Both the position numbers and the translations under genes were made by a program. From the IMG/VR virus record IMGVR_UViG_3300011989_000005, positions 1 to 64,000 of that record: a stretch of DNA of 64,000 nucleotides; one strand, given 5' to 3'. The notes under the pieces were generated by a model. That model was given only the letters and a program-made list of their open reading frames with translations, ran no database searches and had not been told where the DNA came from. Below, in pieces: positions 57,732 to 64,000 of this stretch. Numbering within the stretch: the first letter of the stretch is position 1; every line of letters starts with the position of its first letter. The stretch comes from a virus. Lineage: Duplodnaviria > Caudoviricetes.

Positions 57732-58564
57732 GCTTCTTCCTCCTCCTTCATCTCCATCAGCACCGACATGTCGTCGTGGATATTGCCCACGTAGAGGAAT
57801 CCTTTGCCGGAATCCTCCAGCATATGGTCCGAATAGAAGTGCTTGTCGTCAAAAAAGCTCAGTTCACCGTCGCGCTCCACGTAGCCGCGTGTCGGGGTGT
57901 AGAGCAGCTTGCGCCAACCCTTCGGTGTGGCCACATAGACACCGGCGTCGCCGCTGTCAACGTAGCTGTAGAACACGCGGTCGTTCGGGTTGCCGTAGAG
58001 CAGGTAGATGTCGCCCTCGAAGTACTGGAACTTCTCACGCCCCTGCTCCTTTATCTCTCCCTCCAGGTAGCCCAGGTGTTCGCTCACGCCCGTTATCTTC
58101 ACCCCGTTGCGCTGCAGCAGCTTAGCCAGCAGCGATATGCCGAATCGGCTGCCCATATCTACGTTGAGCGTCCCTCGCCGTCCGTCCTCGGTATAGTAGT
58201 AGCGGCGCCTGTCGCTCTGGCGGTACTGGTTATGCTCGATGTGCGGCACGTGCTCCTGCTCCCAGTCGTCCGGCTTCATGGCGTATGCTGCCTCGGCTAT
58301 CTCGATGGCCTTGGGCAAGTGGTCGATATACTCCGGCAACCTTCGGCAATGCCGTGCTTCCTCACTGTCGAAGAGTGCGATACTGCGTATCATCTTCGGA
58401 GTCATGTTCAGCAGTCCGTACATGACATCAATCTTCCTCTCGCCCGTGATGCCGAAGCGGGTCTGTGCAACCATGGCGAAGCGATCTTTCGTCACGTAGT
58501 TGCGGATGTCGTTGACGCGGTCGAAGACTTTCGCCGCCTGTTTCAATTCGTCGAATGTAATCAT
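57728..58564 (-). CDS. hypothetical protein
   Basis: 278 aa; AAAGCTACAC upstream of ATG. Confidence 0.75.
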   Translation of the reverse strand: MITFDELKQAAKVFDRVNDIRNYVTKDRFAMVAQTRFGITGERKIDVMYGLLNMTPKMIRSIALFDSEEARHCRRLPEYIDHLPKAIEIAEAAYAMKPDDWEQEHVPHIEHNQYRQSDRRRYYYTEDGRRGTLNVDMGSRFGISLLAKLLQRNGVKITGVSEHLGYLEGEIKEQGREKFQYFEGDIYLLYGNPNDRVFYSYVDSGDAGVYVATPKGWRKLLYTPTRGYVERDGELSFFDDKHFYSDHMLEDSGKGFLYVGNIHDDMSVLMEMKEEEEA

Positions 58565-58708
58565 AATCTGTGTAGCTTTAAATTGTTTGTTCTACTTCAA
58601 CACCGCCACGAGGAACAGGGCGACGGCTAACAGCCAGCCTGTAACGGTAATGACGATGCACTTTGTCATGTCTCCTTCAGTATTTTCTCCATTGTTATAT
58701 GTCTTTGT

Positions 58709-59149
58709 TTACTTGACAGGAATATGAAACACCTTTTTGTCAGATATAAAATCCTGGTCTTGTTGCCACAGCTGATTGACAAGATACTTTGTCTTGTTCA
58801 GCAGATCGTCCTCAGACTTTCTGCCGTCATTTTTGGCCAACTTGTCGCGATACATTTCCATGAAAATTTCACCACGCAACTTTCTCCAATACTCAAACTC
58901 GTCAATCACGGCCTTATGGTCGGCAATGGCCTTGGCGTCCATCGACTTCATCATATCCTTCAGCGTATTCAGGTCCTCTTTGTTCTGCTCGTTGAAGTCG
59001 GGTATCTCAAGACGTGCGCCGCTAAAGTCAAGAACACTCGCCACGTATTCCCTACCTTGCTCGTCAACAAAGATGCCACCGTAAGCACGGTTCTGGCGAA
59101 CTTTTATATCTTCGCCATCCAGGTTTTTAACTAAAATCCAATTTTCCAT
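58709..59149 (-). CDS. hypothetical protein
   Basis: ORF. Confidence 0.7.
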   Translation of the reverse strand: MENWILVKNLDGEDIKVRQNRAYGGIFVDEQGREYVASVLDFSGARLEIPDFNEQNKEDLNTLKDMMKSMDAKAIADHKAVIDEFEYWRKLRGEIFMEMYRDKLAKNDGRKSEDDLLNKTKYLVNQLWQQDQDFISDKKVFHIPVK

Positions 59150-59224
59150 AATTTTGTTAGTTTAATATTAAAGGGTTGTAATCTCTTGTTAATGATTCTT
59201 GTTTCTCTTGTTATAAATTGTCTG

Positions 59225-60187
59225 TCATTCTTCCTCCTCAAACTCCAACCGCTGCTGCTGTCGCTCCTGGCGCAGGCGCTCCAGACAGATAGCGTGATAG
59301 TCGGGCGACAGCTCGAAACCCACATAGTGGCGTCTGATGCGGTATGCGGCGACGGCAGTGGTGGCCGTGCCCATAAAAGGATCGAGAACTACCCCCCCCA
59401 CTGGGCAGCCGAGGGCAATGCACTGCAGAGGCAGCTCCACGGGGAAGGTGGCGTGGTGGCCCTCGTAGCCGGGTTTGACCAGTATCGGCCACACGTCGCG
59501 CTTATTGCGGAAACTGTCGCTCTGGTTGCCGCCACGAAACTGCACATTCCGGTGCCCTTGGACGGTAAATTTCACCTTGCGGTGGTTATACTCATGGGCA
59601 CGGATGCCGGTGTTGGCAGGCTCGCGCAGCGCATCGACGCTGAAGTAGTAGCGTGGCTGCTTGGTAAGCAGGAAGATGTGCTCGTGTGACTTGGTGCAGC
59701 GGTTCTTCACGCTCTCCGGCATCGGGTTAGGCTTCTGCCAGATGATATCCTGCCGCAAATAGAAGCCCATGTCGCGCAGGGCAAAGGCCAGCATCCAGGG
59801 TATGCCTATCAGGTCGCGATCCTTAGCCACGGTGTCGAAGCGGTAGGAGGTGGCGCGGTCGAGCGTCCCCGCGTTGGTGCCCTGCAGATAGAGTTTGGCG
59901 TTGTCGGGGTAGCAGGCCGCACCCTTGTTGCTGCCGGCGTAGGTGTCGCCGATGACCACCCAGCACGTCGCCTCGGGCTTCATCACGCGCAGCACCTCGC
60001 GGAACACGTCGCAGAGCCGGGCGATGTACTCCTCCGGCGACTGCTCCAGTCCTATCTGTCCCTCGCAGCCGTAGTCGCGCAGGGCGAAGTAGGGCGGCGA
60101 CGTGACGCAGCAGTCCACCGTCGCGTCCTCCATCTGCCGCAGTCCTTCGAGGCAGTCCATGTTGTAGATATTGTCGGGATCAATCAT
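59225..60187 (-). CDS. N4-C/N6-A DNA methyltransferase (beta class)
   Basis: TSPPY, IIWQKPNPMPES, HHATFP, LDPFMGT. Confidence 0.92.
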   Translation of the reverse strand: MIDPDNIYNMDCLEGLRQMEDATVDCCVTSPPYFALRDYGCEGQIGLEQSPEEYIARLCDVFREVLRVMKPEATCWVVIGDTYAGSNKGAACYPDNAKLYLQGTNAGTLDRATSYRFDTVAKDRDLIGIPWMLAFALRDMGFYLRQDIIWQKPNPMPESVKNRCTKSHEHIFLLTKQPRYYFSVDALREPANTGIRAHEYNHRKVKFTVQGHRNVQFRGGNQSDSFRNKRDVWPILVKPGYEGHHATFPVELPLQCIALGCPVGGVVLDPFMGTATTAVAAYRIRRHYVGFELSPDYHAICLERLRQERQQQRLEFEEEE

Positions 60188-60208
60188 TGTTGTAATGTCT
60201 TTTGTTTG

Positions 60209-60838
60209 TTACCTTACCTCCGGCACAAGACGGTGGATAAACTCGGTCTCGGCCTTGACATATTCTTCGATGTATTCCTTGTCGGCCTCCAAGTCGAGCG
60301 GGAAGTCAGGGTCGCCGATGGGGATGCCTAACATCCAGCCGAGGATGCCGACAGCAAAGAGACTGGAGAGGGAGTCCACCTTCGGGGCGGTGCCTTCGCA
60401 GGGTATCGTTGCGCCCGTCGCGTCCGCATTGCATTGCTGCATGGTCTGCTGCGTCATCGTAAGCCCCTGGCTCACTTGCTCGCGCACCCTCTGGAATGCT
60501 CTGGTGATGTACTCGTACACCCGCTTGTAGCCCTCGCTCTCGCGGCACCGCCTCTCGTGATAAGCCCTGCGCTCGGCTTCCACCTGCGCATTGTGCTCGG
60601 CAGCCGTCATTGGTCTTTCTTTGGTCATACGTTCTTGCAGGTGTTTTATATTACCGATATTATCTTCCAGTACGGGAGCTTCATTTCCATAGTCGATAAG
60701 GATCATGGTTCTTCCTTTCGCAGTCTTTGGCGTCAGTACCACTCCGACATTAAGTATGTCCTTTACGACACACTCTCCGTAACGCTTGTGCATAACGCTT
60801 GCGCCGACGTTCAGTTTCTTAATTTCTTCCTTGGTCAT
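60209..60838 (-). CDS. hypothetical protein
   Basis: ORF. Confidence 0.65.
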   Translation of the reverse strand: MTKEEIKKLNVGASVMHKRYGECVVKDILNVGVVLTPKTAKGRTMILIDYGNEAPVLEDNIGNIKHLQERMTKERPMTAAEHNAQVEAERRAYHERRCRESEGYKRVYEYITRAFQRVREQVSQGLTMTQQTMQQCNADATGATIPCEGTAPKVDSLSSLFAVGILGWMLGIPIGDPDFPLDLEADKEYIEEYVKAETEFIHRLVPEVR

Positions 60839-61134
60839 TCTGCACCCTCCTTCTTGACCAGCTCAATCCAAAACTGAGTCCATACGAATGTAATGTTATC
60901 AATCCTGCACCATCCGCCGTCTATTACTTTGTCGGCAAAATACTCGCTTAGCTTCTGTAACACTTCATAGCGTTCAAAATGTTTTTTGTCGATACAGAAA
61001 GCCGCCGTATCGTTCTCTTTCTCGCTACAGAAAGAACACCCGTCATCGTCCTGTCGCTTACCTTCGGCAGGTAGCTCAAACAGTTCTCTGAGGTCAGAGA
61101 TTGCCTGTTTTCTTGAAATAATTGTTCTTGCCAT
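60835..61134 (-). CDS. hypothetical protein
   Basis: coupled ORF. Confidence 0.65.
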   Translation of the reverse strand: MARTIISRKQAISDLRELFELPAEGKRQDDDGCSFCSEKENDTAAFCIDKKHFERYEVLQKLSEYFADKVIDGGWCRIDNITFVWTQFWIELVKKEGAE

Positions 61135-61179
61135 ATTTCTTTCTAATGTTGCTTAAAATGTTAATACTATTGTTACTGA

Positions 61180-62073
61180 TTACCTCAGTTCCTTCATTTC
61201 CATTTCCTTCAGCATCGTGTAGCGGATGCCGTCGATTTCGGCCTGCCAGGAGTGGTGATAGTGGCCGTAAAGCCAGTGACGCACGGGGTGGCAGTGCTTG
61301 CGCAGCCGCTCCAACAGGGCGTCCATCACTTCCCGGTCGTGACGCATGTCGTCGGGCAGCGTAGGGTCGTTCTCTGTCAGGTACTCCAGCCATGATGGCG
61401 GTACAACGTCCTCGCACATTGACGGGGCGACGTGGGTTACTACCGTGTCCACCGTCTTGCCATAGCGGTGCAGCCGTGCCAGCGCCGACTCGTCGATATA
61501 GGGCTGCTCCAGCGACCAGTAGTCGGCGGGGGTGAGAGCCATTCTGTGCTCGGCGACGGTCTGCATCGTGGCGGCCATGCGCTCGTCGAACATCTTTGTC
61601 CAGTCCGGCTGCAGCACACACGCGGGATGGTCGTAACTCTCCCGGTTCTTCCTGTCAACGCTGGTCGCTCCACCGACACACAGCACGCGGTGGCCTGCGG
61701 CTGTGACGGTCGAATAGTCGCTGACGGCCACCCAGCGCTTCATGCTGATTTCCTCACCGTCGAAGTATGCGGGGTTGTCGTGGTTGCCTCGCACAAAGAC
61801 CACGTGGCAGTCTGCCCGCTCCAGCTTCGGCAGCACGCGGCGGTACACCTCGTCGTAGTACCCGCGCCGATGGAATCCGAAGCCGCAGTCGCCCGCCACG
61901 ATGACCACCGTGTGTTCCATCTGGCACAGCACCGTCATGCGGTACACCAACTCATCGAACTTGCCGTGGATGTCGCCGCACACCACCAGCCCCTCGGCAT
62001 CTGGAAAATCATAGTTCATCTTTAACATATCGCTTTTTTGGTTTACTTGATGTCGTCGATACTCAATTCCCAC
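61180..62073 (-). CDS. calcineurin-like metallophosphoesterase
   Basis: GDIHG, GDCG, RGNHD, TH, GHYH; start uncertain. Confidence 0.9.
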   Translation of the reverse strand: MGIEYRRHQVNQKSDMLKMNYDFPDAEGLVVCGDIHGKFDELVYRMTVLCQMEHTVVIVAGDCGFGFHRRGYYDEVYRRVLPKLERADCHVVFVRGNHDNPAYFDGEEISMKRWVAVSDYSTVTAAGHRVLCVGGATSVDRKNRESYDHPACVLQPDWTKMFDERMAATMQTVAEHRMALTPADYWSLEQPYIDESALARLHRYGKTVDTVVTHVAPSMCEDVVPPSWLEYLTENDPTLPDDMRHDREVMDALLERLRKHCHPVRHWLYGHYHHSWQAEIDGIRYTMLKEMEMKELR

Positions 62074-62228
62074 AGCGGCCAGAAATTGATAAGCCTCTCA
62101 TGCTTGTCGAGAATATTGATGATGTGGACTGCCGCGTCGCCTTTCTGAATGGCGTCAGGTACGCCCTGCAATTCAGTATATCGGAAACCCTTTTCCTTCT
62201 CGTCGTAAATGACTGCGAGATAATTCAT
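62043..62228 (-). CDS. hypothetical protein
   Basis: coupled ORF. Confidence 0.55.
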   Translation of the reverse strand: MNYLAVIYDEKEKGFRYTELQGVPDAIQKGDAAVHIINILDKHERLINFWPLWELSIDDIK

Positions 62229-62683
62229 GCGTCACCTCCTTCCTCCTCCGCCTCTATCTGTTCAACCATCGTCAGCACTTCGTTCAGCGTAGAGAGAACG
62301 CCGCCCCAGTACATGCCTTTTCCGTCGTGGCTGGCATCGCTCTCTTCGCCCCGCTTCGTGTATTTCTCTTTCTTCTCCATCAGCCCGGCCTTGATGCGCT
62401 TGATGGCAGACGGCTTGCTCTCTGCCGGAACGGGCAGCATCCGTTGGTACTCCTCACGCAGATTGCCGTCTTTGTCACAAACCCAGTCCAACACCTCCTG
62501 CCATGAACTCGGGCGGGCATCGCTATCACCGCACCCGCAAGACGATGAGTAAGCAACTTCGTATGGTGGCCACCGCTCAAAGAGATACCATCCCGTAGAT
62601 TGTCTGCATACACCACACTCATGGTGAGGAATAAAGCTCACGCCGTTGGCGCGGCAAAGTTCTTTTAATTCTTGTTCTGTCAT
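62225..62683 (-). CDS. hypothetical Cys-containing protein
   Basis: ECGVC, CGC. Confidence 0.65.
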   Translation of the reverse strand: MTEQELKELCRANGVSFIPHHECGVCRQSTGWYLFERWPPYEVAYSSSCGCGDSDARPSSWQEVLDWVCDKDGNLREEYQRMLPVPAESKPSAIKRIKAGLMEKKEKYTKRGEESDASHDGKGMYWGGVLSTLNEVLTMVEQIEAEEEGGDA

Positions 62684-62709
62684 ATCGCTCTTATAAATAA
62701 TTAAATGTT

Positions 62710-63333
62710 TTACTCGTTATCTAACTCCCGGAAGCGGTCGCGGTTCTTGTGGTACACCACAAGCCAACCGATGTTGTCGAGCCCGCAGGTCAGTCCAAAC
62801 ACGAACATGGCCACCTGCAGCGATGGCATGCAGACGAGGGCGCAGACGTAGCCCACGATGCAGTAGATGCCGCACACCACGTCGTTGTTGTTGTCGTACA
62901 CCTCGCGCTCCTTCTCGTTCCACAGCTTGGGGCGGAAGGTCATCAGACACTTTCCGATGAACTCCGACACCAACGTGCCGTAGAGCAGGCAGGCGACGGC
63001 GAGCACCCACACGTTGTAGTCCACGAAGCAGAGCCACATGCCGACGAGGAAGCCTGCCGCCGACTCGATGATGCAGAGCACCGTAAACCACCGGACAGCC
63101 CAGCGGCGCAGCCGGCCCTTCCATATCATGCCAATCACGAGACCCACAACGCTGTAGGTGAGCGACTGGAATGCCAGCCACTCGGCGGGCAGCTCCGAAA
63201 TCCACGCCTTGGTGATGACTGGCTCAACATAAGTGTAGAGCAACCCCGTCAGGAACAGCGTCGTCAGCGTCCACCGCTGGTTGTGGTCGGGGTGGATATT
63301 GAAGAAGTCGAGTGTCTTGCGCAGTAGTTTCAT
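62710..63333 (-). CDS. multi-pass membrane protein (half-MFS-like)
   Basis: about 6 hydrophobic helices. Confidence 0.7.
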   Translation of the reverse strand: MKLLRKTLDFFNIHPDHNQRWTLTTLFLTGLLYTYVEPVITKAWISELPAEWLAFQSLTYSVVGLVIGMIWKGRLRRWAVRWFTVLCIIESAAGFLVGMWLCFVDYNVWVLAVACLLYGTLVSEFIGKCLMTFRPKLWNEKEREVYDNNNDVVCGIYCIVGYVCALVCMPSLQVAMFVFGLTCGLDNIGWLVVYHKNRDRFRELDNE

Positions 63334-63339
63334 ACGGTG

Positions 63340-63984
63340 TCAGTCTATCTTATCGTTATACATACATTCCTCACGCAGGAACTCCTCGTGTACTTCTGGG
63401 AAGCGCATGATGACCTTGGCGTACTCCTGCGAATCCTCTGAAACCGTCGGCATCTCCTTGCCGGTCATCTTTCCGGCGTAATACAAATCGTCCATCTTCT
63501 GGTAGGTCTGCCAGATGATTTCCCAAGCGCTCATCACGCTCTGCTTCACGGGTTTGCCCCAGCTCTCGTCATCGCGCATGTCGAGGAATCCGTTGTCGGC
63601 CAGTATCTTGTCGATAGACTCTTTTATCTGTTCCACCGTCCGATGGTCGGTCGATGGGTCGAATGCCACGTCGGGATAGGCGTGCTTCAGTCGGTGGATG
63701 ATGACATAGAGGCGGCAGTCGTCGGGTATCTCGATGGAGAATTTCTTGCCGGGCTGCTCGGGGATGTAAGCATCGTAGCACCACTCCTTGCGGAATCCCT
63801 CCATGTAGCAGGGCGCTATCCTCTCGCTCTCGTGCTCCACCATGCTGTGACTGAGGCAGTCGGTGGGCAGGTAGTCCTTGGGCAGCGGCTCGTAGTCGTC
63901 GGGTATCTCTACGCTCACCTTCCAGTCGTAGAAGTTGCAGCGCATAATCAACTTGATGCCGTTGCGCAGCTTCAGGAAATACAC
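63340..63984 (-). CDS. hypothetical protein (may start outside window)
   Basis: ORF near window end. Confidence 0.6.
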   Translation of the reverse strand: MYFLKLRNGIKLIMRCNFYDWKVSVEIPDDYEPLPKDYLPTDCLSHSMVEHESERIAPCYMEGFRKEWCYDAYIPEQPGKKFSIEIPDDCRLYVIIHRLKHAYPDVAFDPSTDHRTVEQIKESIDKILADNGFLDMRDDESWGKPVKQSVMSAWEIIWQTYQKMDDLYYAGKMTGKEMPTVSEDSQEYAKVIMRFPEVHEEFLREECMYNDKID

Positions 63985-64000
63985 TGGCAGATCGCACGAC

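Overview
The window looks like part of a temperate Bacteroidota (Prevotella-like) siphophage that probably lysogenises as a plasmid. Promoters follow the Bacteroidota TTTG-N19-21-TAnnTTTG pattern. Layout: (i) 0.5-6.9 kb, a plasmid-type maintenance module (8-bp centromere-like repeats, ParA plus a small partner, an inverted iteron origin, a Rep_3-like initiator and a DnaA-N/DnaC-like ATPase); (ii) 8.1-11.6 kb, tRNA-Tyr with a structured trailer RNA, a spanin-like lipoprotein, HU and an HTH protein, separated by three 69-bp repeats; (iii) 11.8-43 kb, a co-oriented + strand 'early'/anti-defence array (ArdC, MutS-I, LPD11, DnaJ-LPD29, DarB-like MTase-helicase, PAPS reductase, many small ORFs) behind a long structured leader with a boxA; (iv) 43-64 kb, mostly - strand holin-like and tail-like genes and typical phage accessory genes (three DNA MTases, radical SAM, YopX, metallophosphoesterase). 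The best candidate for a new system is an RNA regulatory layer. A two-hairpin RNA in the tRNA 3' trailer has loops (CGTGTAGCT, CGTTGTAGC) complementary, in the correct antiparallel order, to paired GCTACAAC/AGCTACAC sites in the rep and parA leaders, and single sites lie next to several other start codons. A second U-rich RNA carries antisense to the ACTATGGC starts of early genes. Eleven early proteins also end in Ala-Ala (ssrA-like degron). Family calls come from recognised motifs, not database searches.
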